This document shows positions 36,508 to 46,950 of a stretch of 64,000 nt of DNA, in pieces. Under the pieces are notes generated by a model. That model was not told where the DNA came from. It did not search any database and worked only from the letters and a program-made list of their open reading frames with translations. Origin of the DNA: Corallochytrium limacisporum Hawaii (taxonomy: Eukaryota > Protista > Pluriformea). Numbering within the stretch: the first letter of the stretch is position 1; every line of letters begins with the position of its first letter. The stretch spans positions 64,772-128,771 of the forward strand of contig PDIP01000145.1 of the NCBI GenBank assembly GCA_002811645.1. Direction: 5' to 3'. Made by a program: the position numbers and the translations under genes.

Positions 36508-37402
36508 ACAAAGGATGCCTTCCCTTACGCTTGAGAAGGGCAGTGGGCTTTGTTCAGTTCCAAAGCCAGTTATCTCGGCAAACGATCTAAGAAGACCTAC
36601 TTCTGTGCAACCGTGTTAGTTGTGATTGGCTGTGTTAAATACCTTCTTGGAAAGGAGAACTGGGAGGGGGCGCTCGGCGACCTCATTGCTAAAACTCAGC
36701 GCTAAGCGCGTCCGCGCCAGGCCTGTAATCGCCCATACCACCGCCCCGGACCCACGTACACCGGGAAAAGGAAGGGTCTGACCGCCGCCACCGTTGGGCC
36801 CATCGCAATCAAAATCAACAATCATGAAAATTCCTGATTGTACTATTACTCTTGAATACTGTCGACAGGATAATCAACTTATCCAGTACGTATATTGAAT
36901 GCACCGTGAAATATTGCTGAATACTCCGAATATTGTTGTGTTCCCATGCTACGGGTAAGAATCCCTGGGAGCGGAAATCAGCTGTCTGCATGTGTGAATC
37001 AAAGTGACTTAGGTACTGCTGATGGAACAAAGGAGAGCATTAACACGAGCAGACCACCACACACACATACGCACGGGAACCAAGCTGGCGACGCACCTTT
37101 CTGCTCGGGGGACTCTGGGGTTGTGCGCACCGGTCCATTTATATTGATTATTCCCGAAGACGAAAAGAATATACCAACAGACTTCCCCCCCCCTTTGGGC
37201 AAAAGACAACAAAATACAAGAGAAACCCACGGTACATATAAGAAAAAACAAAGGGGGAAACCAAAAAAAAAAAAAAAAAAGGGAAGGGTGTTAAAATACC
37301 TCGAGAAACCAAGAACGGTGTCGTATGTGTATTGTTTGCTCCCCCAGGAGAGACACCAGCTAGGGAAATTTGGGGGTTGGGGGCTGAGGCAGTAGCCAAC
37401 TT

Positions 37403-39100
37403 TCACTGGGCGGTGGTGGGCCACATCTGCCAGGCCAGCACCGCAGTCTGCCCGACAGCCGCAAGCCCGACCCCACGTCGGGCCATCGGTGATAGCCACG
37501 TACCGAAGCCTCCATCTGCGAATTGCGCAGCGAGCAACGCCTGCAGAGGCAGCAGTGCTGTTGTGACCACCGCATTGTTCTGGTCCGAGCCAGGAACATT
37601 GGCCGTAGTCACCAGTGCCCAGACAGTGCCAACGACATACGCACTAAACGCACGGTTCAGTGCCCGTCCCCGGAGAGTGAGTGAGCGCCGGCGCCACCTT
37701 CTGATACCTTCGTAGACCGTCAGAGGCCAGACAACGATGCCAAAGACCAGGAGGGGGACAGTCAGACGCTCTGCAATGGTGGACAGGGCGAGGGTGGGCG
37801 TGAGATCCATTGGGACCGCAGGGATGTGCGCCTTTGCGAGCAAGGTACCGACACCAACCGCTCCGACTGTCGCAGCACCAAGCAGGGCACCAATGGAACG
37901 CCATCGCAGGCCTGGACTGGTCCGTACACCGGTGCTATCCGTGCCGAAGAAGAGCTCAAGGGTCGCACCCAGGGTCAGTACGGCAGAAGCCACCGAACTG
38001 ACACCACCCTGTCCCAGCGCAAATCCGGCCCCGAGCACCATCCCCAGACCTGCCATCGTTGACCCGGCTCTACCGTTGCCGAGCTCAAGGGTCGAGAAAA
38101 GGCCATGTTCCACAACACTTAACATGCAAGCCACCATGACAGTTTGCCAGGATTGAAAAGATGCAGTGGAACTGGTACTGGCCAAGACGCCCAATCCTAT
38201 AACGCTGGAGGCGTGCCAGAGCAACGGTAAGTGCCTGTGTCCCGGACGATACAGCTCAGTCTGAATGCGTTCAAGAGACTGACTATCCAATTTCGACTGC
38301 ACACGATTCTCTCGCTGCTCCTGCCATGCACGTGCGACACTGGCAATGTCGTCTCCAACGTCGGCCTGCGATGTTGGCGGCGGCGGGGCCTGGGACCGAC
38401 CAGAAGGGGACTGGGCAGGAGTATTGGGTTGATGCGGCAGTCGACGACTGAGGTTCCGGAGCACCGCAGATGCGCAGTTACGCTTGGGATCCCGATCTTG
38501 TGCACAGTACAGTGCAGCTGAGTAGTAGATGGCACCATCAAGGACTAGCAGCTGCGCAAAGTGCAGGCCCTGACTGGCCACGACCTTCAAGTCGAGTGCG
38601 TCCATTCTAATGGGCAAGGTTAGTAGTGGGCTTGGCCATACCACAGACATCAAATATAGGGACCTCAGGGAAAGTAGTGCTGCGTAGCTTACCCATCCCA
38701 CTGATGGTGTGTGCGATTTTATCCACCGCAGGATCCGTGTGGCGAGTGAGGGTTTCGGTTCTTTCTCGGCGCGCCGCTTGAACCGTTCCTCGCGCTCCCG
38801 CTCCTCATCAGCCCGACGCTTGGCCAACCAGCGCTCGTGCACTTTCTTGCGCTCTGCGTATTCTCCCATCTTTCTACGGATTGACACAGTTCTATCCATC
38901 TCTGCTTCGCCCAAGGTCGCTCCGGTCAGGCGCCGCTCACGGGCCACGGACGCGACTTCGTCTCCGAATTCTGCGCCCGCCTTGGCCTTAGTATCCGGCA
39001 GCCGATCGCTCTCGAAACGGCCATGATTGCTGACTCCATTACTTTCACCCATACTGTTTTTGCTGTATAGCAGGTCGTCGTTGAGAGTAATATCCCTCAT
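37403..39100 (-). CDS. Multipass membrane protein, possibly a divergent DMT/nucleotide-sugar-transporter-like fold
   Basis: 565 aa ORF with a charged N-terminal segment and ~8-10 hydrophobic segments. The C-terminal pattern (AVVTTALLPLQALLAAQF...FG..LS....GVGLAAVG) resembles the last helices of DMT-superfamily transporters. CDS well supported; family call weak. Confidence 0.65.
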   Translation of the reverse strand: MRDITLNDDLLYSKNSMGESNGVSNHGRFESDRLPDTKAKAGAEFGDEVASVARERRLTGATLGEAEMDRTVSIRRKMGEYAERKKVHERWLAKRRADEEREREERFKRRAEKEPKPSLATRILRWIKSHTPSVGWVSYAALLSLRSLYLMSVVWPSPLLTLPIRMDALDLKVVASQGLHFAQLLVLDGAIYYSAALYCAQDRDPKRNCASAVLRNLSRRLPHQPNTPAQSPSGRSQAPPPPTSQADVGDDIASVARAWQEQRENRVQSKLDSQSLERIQTELYRPGHRHLPLLWHASSVIGLGVLASTSSTASFQSWQTVMVACMLSVVEHGLFSTLELGNGRAGSTMAGLGMVLGAGFALGQGGVSSVASAVLTLGATLELFFGTDSTGVRTSPGLRWRSIGALLGAATVGAVGVGTLLAKAHIPAVPMDLTPTLALSTIAERLTVPLLVFGIVVWPLTVYEGIRRWRRRSLTLRGRALNRAFSAYVVGTVWALVTTANVPGSDQNNAVVTTALLPLQALLAAQFADGGFGTWLSPMARRGVGLAAVGQTAVLAWQMWPTTAQ

Positions 39101-40177
39101 TGGTTGTTACTTGTCAAGGTTTCTAGCCCTCTAACATTGCCCACGAAACTGCTACGCCGAAGACACTGCTCCGGTGCTCATGTGGATCCGACCTTTATCT
39201 CTTCCTTTCACAAGATAAACACTACAAGAAATTTGGTGACAACCAGACTAACAAGAGATTTCGAGCCACTCATTCTTGAGTACCATCAACCAACGTGACC
39301 CAGAACCAAATCATAGCTCTGCACCCGCCGTGTGCGCGCGCGGGCATTTCAAGTCGCCCTGTACGGACTCAATCACCCCCTCTCTCCACGGCGCCCAACC
39401 TCCCTTCCCACTCTCTCTATCCCCAAGACCCGCCCTTGCAACCACGGCAAGTGTGACGGTGGGCAGGGGAGGGGGGGGCTGGCGGTTGGGGGGAACTGGG
39501 CGCTTGCGGAAGAGGGGGGACGCACGTTACGCAGTAAACACGGTGTCCCCAGCCAATCAGAAGGCTGTTTCCCCTGGCCTTCCGCCTTGTTGTTTTACAC
39601 CTATACAATTCTTTTTTCTCTTGCTTTGTAAGTTATTTTGGCGGTTGCTTCTTGCCCCCCCCTCTCCTCGCTACTGAACAATTTTTTTTTCTGTCTGTTT
39701 TCACTTTTTTTCGAAATAGTAAGAAAAGCCGAGTGAAGAACCACCCAGCAGGGGACCTTCCCTGCAATTGGGAGCTCTGCAAACCGGGTTCCCCCTTCCC
39801 GCCCTCTCTCTCTCTCTCTCCCTCCTCCCTCCTCTCTTCTCTCTTCTCTCTTCTCTCTTCTCTTCTCTCTCTCTCCCGTCTTTTCCTTTCGGACGGGGGC
39901 CCTCTCCGTGCGTTCCCACTGCCCGCAATTTCTTCACCACAGTGCGGGCTCTCGGGTGTTTACAATATGCGGCCCCCTCGGCGCGTAAGGCCGCCCCTGA
40001 ACGTGTTGCGGGGCAAAGGGGACCCCCGACCCTCCGGGGCAAAAGGAAAAAAACGGCGGTGGAGGGTATTTCAAATCGAAATCACCTACGTGGACCTTCC
40101 CTCCCAGTTTTAAATGTATTGAATTTTGTGTTGATTCAATTTTTGATTTATTCCTGCGTTTGGCTACACTCCTGCTG

Positions 40178-41863
40178 TTATTCCACCCTATGGGCCGCAG
40201 CTCTGGGTTGGTTCGGACAGGGCACACAGGGGTCTAAACTATTCCGCACCCATGTCCCCTCGCCATGCTCTTGATTACTCCTCAACTCACTGATAGAAGC
40301 ACAAACTAAGGGACCTTTGGTGGGACTGTGAGGGTAGGTGTTTGGCTGTTGCTCGACGTCCACCACCGGCAGACTCTTTTCGGTTGCATGACCCCAGTTG
40401 GAGGCTTCCGAATCTTCCGTGACTGGCCTTCCAGTCATGAGTTCCTCAATCTCTGCTGCGCTTCGTCCCTTCGTCTCCGGCACAAATGCTAAGACTAAGC
40501 CAATCAGCAACACCGCATCCAGACCAAAGAGAATGAAACAGAGGCCCGGATCCACCTGTTCCGCGAGCAACGGGTACACCATTGTGACCAGGAATGCCGA
40601 TGCCCAAGAGCTACCGGCCCCGAGGCTCATGGCCACGCCTCGAGCACGCGTTGGTGATATCTCCGAGATCACCACAAGTGGTACCAGTCCCATTCCCGCA
40701 CTGAAGAAGAACATGTACATACAAACGGCTAGGACCGCAACGAATGAACCAGACGAACTAATACGCTCTGGATCCGCGCTCGTGCCGCCAGCCAGAAAGA
40801 CATAGGACAGACCGGATAGGGCCACAGTACAGAAAGCACAGGCGACGACAATAAACACTTTTCGGCCGAGACGGTCAAGTAAGACAACTCCCACTCCACC
40901 TCCCACGACCTGCACAGCACCCATGACCATATTCGCGATCTCCGGGCGCTGGATTCCGGCCTGCTCGGAAATTAGAGACAAGTAACTGGCGATTGGTGCA
41001 TTTCCCGTGGCTTGTACCATGGCTGGAATTACAATCGCGAGGGTGATAACTTTCCAGAGTCTTCTGTCCCTGAAGGCAGTCCAATACCCAACTGTGTGCT
41101 GCTGGTTGCTGATCGGACCATAGTCGATCATCCCCTCCATCCCCAGCCAGATTTCATTGTTGTTAGCGTCCCACTCACGATTAACCGTCACGAGCCAGAC
41201 AGGGCTTTCTGGACACAGGAAGTGCAGTCCCAACCCCACACATGCGGCCAGACCCGCACCTATCCATGCTATCGGGCGCCAGTTCTCTGGTGACAGAGAC
41301 GCGCCGATCGCGTACGGCAGGAAGATTCCAAACGACAAGAATAACTGCGAGATTGAGGTCAAATTGCCACGATATGCTACTGGGCTGATCTCTGTCACGT
41401 ATGTGATCACACCCGAAGCGAACACACCATTGGCATAACCCGTCAAGATTCGCCCGACCAGGACGATGGCCATATCAAAACCGATTGCCATGAGTGCGTA
41501 GCCGACCAGGCCGATGAGGGTTGCAATCTGTAACGCCCGTATCCGTCCGCATCTATCCAAAGTTAGTGCCGACGTTAGAGATCCAATCATACAGAACAAT
41601 GGAGCCATGGACGCGAAAAGTGCCTGGGTTGAGTTGTCGATTCCGAAATCCCGGATCAGTCCCACGAGTACTGGAGAACTGAAACTGATTCCAAACCCGA
41701 ACACGATCGAAGCTGTGCTGGCTACCGTGACGGCAATAATGGTTCGGGCTCGGAGACTCACCGATTCCTTCAGAGATTCCTCTGAGTCGTTTTCAGAGAT
41801 AGTTCCATACGACCGACGGGGCAGCTGCGCCCGAATCTCTTCCCCTCCAACCACAATGGACAT
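40178..41863 (-). CDS. MFS sugar porter family transporter (GLUT8/Tret1-like)
   Basis: 561 aa, 12-TM pattern. Sugar-porter signatures DRCGR, GRILTG, YVTEISP..YRG, PESP, DRLGRK, SEISP..ARG, VPETKG. Confidence 0.95.
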   Translation of the reverse strand: MSIVVGGEEIRAQLPRRSYGTISENDSEESLKESVSLRARTIIAVTVASTASIVFGFGISFSSPVLVGLIRDFGIDNSTQALFASMAPLFCMIGSLTSALTLDRCGRIRALQIATLIGLVGYALMAIGFDMAIVLVGRILTGYANGVFASGVITYVTEISPVAYRGNLTSISQLFLSFGIFLPYAIGASLSPENWRPIAWIGAGLAACVGLGLHFLCPESPVWLVTVNREWDANNNEIWLGMEGMIDYGPISNQQHTVGYWTAFRDRRLWKVITLAIVIPAMVQATGNAPIASYLSLISEQAGIQRPEIANMVMGAVQVVGGGVGVVLLDRLGRKVFIVVACAFCTVALSGLSYVFLAGGTSADPERISSSGSFVAVLAVCMYMFFFSAGMGLVPLVVISEISPTRARGVAMSLGAGSSWASAFLVTMVYPLLAEQVDPGLCFILFGLDAVLLIGLVLAFVPETKGRSAAEIEELMTGRPVTEDSEASNWGHATEKSLPVVDVEQQPNTYPHSPTKGPLVCASISELRSNQEHGEGTWVRNSLDPCVPCPNQPRAAAHRVE

Positions 41864-42850
41864 TGCGTTGATATGACTGTATGGGCAGGCCTCCTGTTGC
41901 TGACACTGATCACCTGAACATTGCGACCAGTGGTGGCTTTCAATTCTATGACGATAGTGCTTTTTTCCCTTATTATCCTCTCATTGTGTTGAAAACTTGG
42001 CGATCATGTACGACGCTGACCACTGAAGTCATTGATCCGCTGGAACCCGTTGCATGTGTGACCCACGGGGAGTATGAAGTACCCACTCCCTCCTCCCATC
42101 TTGCGTGCTTCTCGCACTCCTCTCGTCGGGACACCAAGTTTTTCCCCTCCCATCGATCACTACCGAAAGTGTGATAGTTAGCCAGTCTTCCGTTGTCGCT
42201 TGCGGCAGTCGCGAACTCGCTACCATTTTTCCACTGGAGGCGGGTTGAGGCGGGGGGGGGGAAGAGCCATCCTGCACTTGCGGCCCAAATAAAGTGAGAG
42301 AGACAGTGTGACCGTGCGGTCAACTGTTTGGCTCCAGTTTTTCTAAGGCACGGGTAGGGCACGGCCTCCTTGAACTCTCTCACCGAGTATTCGGGAACGG
42401 TGGTATAGGAAATACAAGTGGCTGGCCCGTGTGGGTAGAGGCTCCTCTCTGTCTTATGCACAAATCATCCGCGTGTATTGTAAAGCCCAATGGCTTCAGC
42501 CAGCGGCCGTGGACGGGTCAAGATCAACGACGACGATACGCTGACGGGTCATACGGATGTAAGAGCGTGTCCAAGGTAGCTGAATAGCCTGAACTGATAC
42601 TCGCGGTTTTGGCCATCTATTGTGCCATGAAGGAATGGGGGTCAGGTATGTTACACACCGCGAGACCTCTGTCGGAACTTGAATGCGCCGCAGGAGCTCC
42701 GGACGTCCGGTTGAAGAACAACGCGCAGCTCGACGGTGACAAGATAAGAACGACAGGCCGAGCCACGCCGTATGAGAGAGCGAGTGAGAGAGTGCACAGA
42801 GAAAGAGCGCAAGAGAGGAGAGAGAGTGCGCAGGCACAGAGAGTGAGCAG

Positions 42851-42983
42851 AGAGAGAGAGAGAGAGAGAGAGAGCTCAGAGAGAGAGAGAGAGAGCTCAG
42901 AGAGAGAGAGAGAGAGCTCAGAGAGAGAGAGAGAGAGCTCAGAGAGAGAGAGAGAGAGCTCAGAGAGAGAGAGAGAGAGAGAG
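42851..42983. repeat. GA microsatellite with periodic CTCA interruptions (21-bp unit)
   Basis: (GA)n-GCTCA repeated five times. Confidence 0.9.
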
Positions 42984-43467
42984 TGCTGAGAGATTGGGTC
43001 GGTTGATATACGCGATGATCGTCACGCGCACCCCAGAGAGACAAAGTGAGAACCTGGAATAACTGGGGACTGAATCAGCAAGAACAAAGCAACAGGGATG
43101 CGCCACTGCAACCTACTTATCGCTTTGGTATGCGCGGTAGGTTGTTTCCCGGTACTGTGGGATGTGCGTATGTGTGTCTTAGCCATGACTTGTTCACCGA
43201 TCGTCTCCACCACACCCTGTTTTCCTTCGTTTCCCCTTATGTTAGCTATAGAAAGTATGACAGCTTTACGAGGAAGGCCTCCAAGGAAGATAGGGGAGGA
43301 GGTGCGGAGGGAAGGATAGTGGTGATGACACCGCTAGTGGTACACATTCAAACGGGGTTCGTTTCGTGGGAGGTACCGAGGCATACAAAAGCTATCACTT
43401 TTTTTTTGCGCTACGCCTGGCATTACCAAGAACCGAAGAAAAAAAAAGGGTAATCGAAAGAGAGAGA

Positions 43468-43519
<52 letters not shown>

Positions 43520-43647
43520 NNNNNNNNNNNNNNNNNNNNNNNNNNNNNNNNNNNNNNNNNNNNNNNNNNNNNNNNNNNNNNNNNNNNNNNNNNNNNNNNN
43601 NNNNNNNNNNNNNNNNNNNNNNNNNNNNNNNNNNNNNNNNNGAGAGA

Positions 43648-43697
<50 letters not shown>
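43468..43697. repeat. (CA)n microsatellite spanning an assembly gap
   Basis: Pure CA runs on both sides of the gap at 43520-43641. Confidence 0.9.
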
Positions 43698-43700
<3 letters not shown>

Positions 43701-44454
43701 GTCACTCCGGGTTCTGCTTGATCGACTCATCCGGGTCAGTACCAAGGTACTCTCTCAGGTACCGAGAAACCTACAGTTTTCGGGCGAAAGGAGGGAGTTG
43801 GGGGGAGGGGGGAGGGGGGAGAGCCGGACCAAGAGTGACGCTCTGGGATGATTTGGCCCCCCCCACCCCCCGGGTGGCCACTCTTCCTTTGGTAGCCAGC
43901 ATACTCCGCCGCGAACGGCGGGGCCGCCGAGTGTGTGGTTGGTGTTGGTTTTGGTGTCTCTTCGCCTTCTGTTCCCCTTCCCTTTTTTCCCATGCTCCAT
44001 CCCCGGGTTCCACCATAACCCTCGGCTGGGCTCCCTGGCGTTGTTGGTGGTGTGAGGTTTGTGTGCGGAACAAAAGCATAAAGATATGAGTGCCATTGGT
44101 AAAATTCTTCCATATTTTATAATATTACACAATAAGCGGAAAAAGGGGGTGGGGGCAAGTGTTTCTAATCTCTCACCAACCTCGGGTCTTTTTTTTTCCT
44201 CTCTGGAACCAGCCAGAAATATCTTTTTTGAATCTTCGTTGATAACTGCCAAGGGAAGGGACCCCCCCCGGGGGGGAGGGGGAATTTTCCAGATGGGAAG
44301 ATGCAGGTGATGCAACCAACGAACGTTGCCCACTGCTTTGCTGTCAGTCGTGATGATGATGATGTTGATATGTGTATACCTCTCCGTGCGAGATGGACCG
44401 GCCATCAAGCCGTCAGGGTCTTCGATATCATTGTTGGTTCTTGTCACTCAGCAT

Positions 44455-46950
44455 CTAGACAGAGACATAGTCGCGATTGTCGCCGCGACGAGCGCGCCTG
44501 TGGAACAGAACTCCGAAGATGAGAAGGGTGGCAACTGCCACACCGCCGACAATGCTGCCAGTGAGAATCGCTACCTCTGAACCGCTTCCGCTAGAAGAAA
44601 CGTCCGGAGTGCCTGAAGTTTGGGCTGAGGGGGAGCCGGTCGAGCTGCCGTGGGTGGTCACAGTCGTGTGGTGCGAATTGGTACTACTGCCTGTTGCTGT
44701 TCCAGTACCAGTGTTCGAGCTTGGGTCGTTACTCGGGACAGAGGTGTTGGTGGAGATGCTGGTGCTGGTGGTCACGGAGGTGGCTGTAGTAGTGACTGTA
44801 GTGGGTATAGCCGGGTTGGTGCACGCTTTTTCAGCTGCACAGTTACCTACTCCACACTCTACACAGACCTGGCCGTTACTACCACCGCATTGGCAGCCAC
44901 CAGAAACGCACTGTGCGCAGCTGTAGTCGTCCTTTGATCCGGCGCACAAACCGTCGGTGTACCAAGACGTCCATTGGTTTAGATCGCACTTGGTTTCGCC
45001 ACCGGAGGTGATCTTCTTGCCCCACTCGAATGTCTTGCCAGGCTCAGCCTGGATGACAACGATGCCGTCCTTGTTGGTCAGGACAGCATTAGAAGCTTCA
45101 TCGGAATCAGCAGTCGGCAGAGTGACGCCCTCCATAGGCACCTGACAAGGCTCTTTGTCGCTGGAGATGCTAACGCTCACGTAGTTGAAAGTTGTGCCAT
45201 CGGAGCGCTGCGTCATGACGGTCGCGTCACAGTTGTTGAGGGCCAGGCGGTTCATGAAAATGTCATACAGTTCGTCTTGCTTGTAGGAGGTGAAAGGCAG
45301 CGAAATGTACTCGTGCATGCACTTCGAGAGGCTAAAGACGTGATTGGACAGCAGGCTCTGCGTTTCATTCTCATACTGGAAGAGATTCATGTTGGACTGA
45401 TGGTACATGAGAGGATCTTGACGGAGCGACAAGATCAGAGGACCGATGTATCCGCAATCGTATTCGTTAACTTCTTCTTCGCTCTTAAAACCAAAGGCGG
45501 TTTTATCCCAAACCGCGAGGTTCTCTTCGGGAGTGGCAGCGTTCCAGTCAATGCGGGTGGCGTGGCGAGGGATCAGGGTCATGCCTTCGTAGCCGTTGTA
45601 CTCTACTGTGGTGATGTAGGGCAGGAAGTTTGCGGCGGTTTCGAAGGTGTAGTTGTGCGGACCATAGTCATTGTTGGACAGACTGTTTGTCATGCCTAGT
45701 TCATCCATGGCTTTCCAGACGGCACCGTTTTGCATACCGGAGTATGTGCCGGAGATGAAACCCTTACCGGACCAGGTTTCAGACTCAGAAAAGCCCAGGA
45801 TCTGGGTGGCCATGCCAATGTTGTAGTGAAGCTCAATTTTTGCATCGGCGACACTCATCTCAGCCATGTTTGGATGAGTGAAGGTATGGCTGTGCCACAG
45901 GAAACCATCGCGCCACTCCTTAGTGAGGGCCGCCTGTGCCAGGTCAAACGAGTCGAACCACGGGCCGTAGAAGGTCTCATTCATATACCATTTGTCTGGC
46001 CACGGGTCGGTATACTTATCTTTGTTCTCATCGGGCAAAAGGTAAGCGTCCACACTGATATTGTACATCTCAAAGAAAGGACCAAACAGATAGTTGTTTG
46101 TTTCACCGTCGTACTTGGTGGCCATGCCGTTGATGCCGAGGGCGAATTTGATAGAGTCGCCGGTCTCCTTGTTGTACTCATCCTGCAGAGTCAGATGATA
46201 GCTAACGTTGTCTACGGGCACGAGATGGTCATTACTGAGGAAAAAGTCGTCCACCTGCGGGCTCAAGGCAATTTTGCGCGCACCCATGATGACCTTATTA
46301 GTGACATATTGCAGGGCAATGTGCTGCAGGGTGATGCCGCCAAGAGTGTTGTTTTCGCAACGGGCGGTCACGTACATAACTTTGTTCTTGGTGTCTGCGA
46401 ATGCAATGGTTGCTTTAGTGTCGCTTGCGAGGGTGGCAAAGGGAACCATACCAGGCACGCCGCCGGGGATGTAGTCAAAGAATAGCCTCGGGAACTCCAT
46501 GTCTTTGCCACGGACGACAACGCCTTCAAGGATCTTGGTATCCTCGGTTTTGGGTACCGTGACCGTGTTTGGCTCAGACTTGACACCCTTCTTTTCAAGA
46601 TCGTAGGGACCACCCCAGTTCATGGCTACCCACCGGGCACTATAGTTGCTCAAGTAAGTCATGATGACGCCAGCGTCATCGTTGGAGACTGGACCGGTGG
46701 TGATGACGCAATTGTACTTGCCGTCCTCGTCAACGTCAATAAGGGCGTTGTAGCTGACCTCATCGTAGAAGTCCATTCTCATACCGGTACCCTTGAAGAG
46801 AGCGAGACCTTCTGCGTCTGTGTTGTAGAAGACAGCACAGCCGAGACCAGTCGGCCGGTAGAATTCAGTCGATGAAGCACCCAGGGCCACTGCAGATCCA
46901 AAGATCAGCACGGCCAAGAGGGCGGAGCTCAAATACTTGTGACCTTGCAT
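44455..46950 (-). CDS. Agd3-like (CE18) polysaccharide de-N-acetylase, paralog 1; type I membrane protein (signal peptide, Agd3-like region, 10-Cys module, S/T stalk, TM, short tail)
   Basis: Likely start MQGHKYLSSALLAVLIFGSAVALG at 46950 (831 aa). Agd3-type catalytic motifs QVDDFFL, WHSHTFTH, IPRHATRI, LRQDPLMYHQSN. TM segment VAILTGSIVGGVAVATLLIFGVLF followed by HRRARR. Confidence 0.85.
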   Translation of the reverse strand: MQGHKYLSSALLAVLIFGSAVALGASSTEFYRPTGLGCAVFYNTDAEGLALFKGTGMRMDFYDEVSYNALIDVDEDGKYNCVITTGPVSNDDAGVIMTYLSNYSARWVAMNWGGPYDLEKKGVKSEPNTVTVPKTEDTKILEGVVVRGKDMEFPRLFFDYIPGGVPGMVPFATLASDTKATIAFADTKNKVMYVTARCENNTLGGITLQHIALQYVTNKVIMGARKIALSPQVDDFFLSNDHLVPVDNVSYHLTLQDEYNKETGDSIKFALGINGMATKYDGETNNYLFGPFFEMYNISVDAYLLPDENKDKYTDPWPDKWYMNETFYGPWFDSFDLAQAALTKEWRDGFLWHSHTFTHPNMAEMSVADAKIELHYNIGMATQILGFSESETWSGKGFISGTYSGMQNGAVWKAMDELGMTNSLSNNDYGPHNYTFETAANFLPYITTVEYNGYEGMTLIPRHATRIDWNAATPEENLAVWDKTAFGFKSEEEVNEYDCGYIGPLILSLRQDPLMYHQSNMNLFQYENETQSLLSNHVFSLSKCMHEYISLPFTSYKQDELYDIFMNRLALNNCDATVMTQRSDGTTFNYVSVSISSDKEPCQVPMEGVTLPTADSDEASNAVLTNKDGIVVIQAEPGKTFEWGKKITSGGETKCDLNQWTSWYTDGLCAGSKDDYSCAQCVSGGCQCGGSNGQVCVECGVGNCAAEKACTNPAIPTTVTTTATSVTTSTSISTNTSVPSNDPSSNTGTGTATGSSTNSHHTTVTTHGSSTGSPSAQTSGTPDVSSSGSGSEVAILTGSIVGGVAVATLLIFGVLFHRRARRGDNRDYVSV

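Noticed and set aside
45730-46485. 251-aa plus-strand ORFs (also 51938-52693)
   Set aside because: Antisense shadows of the codon-biased deacetylase genes.
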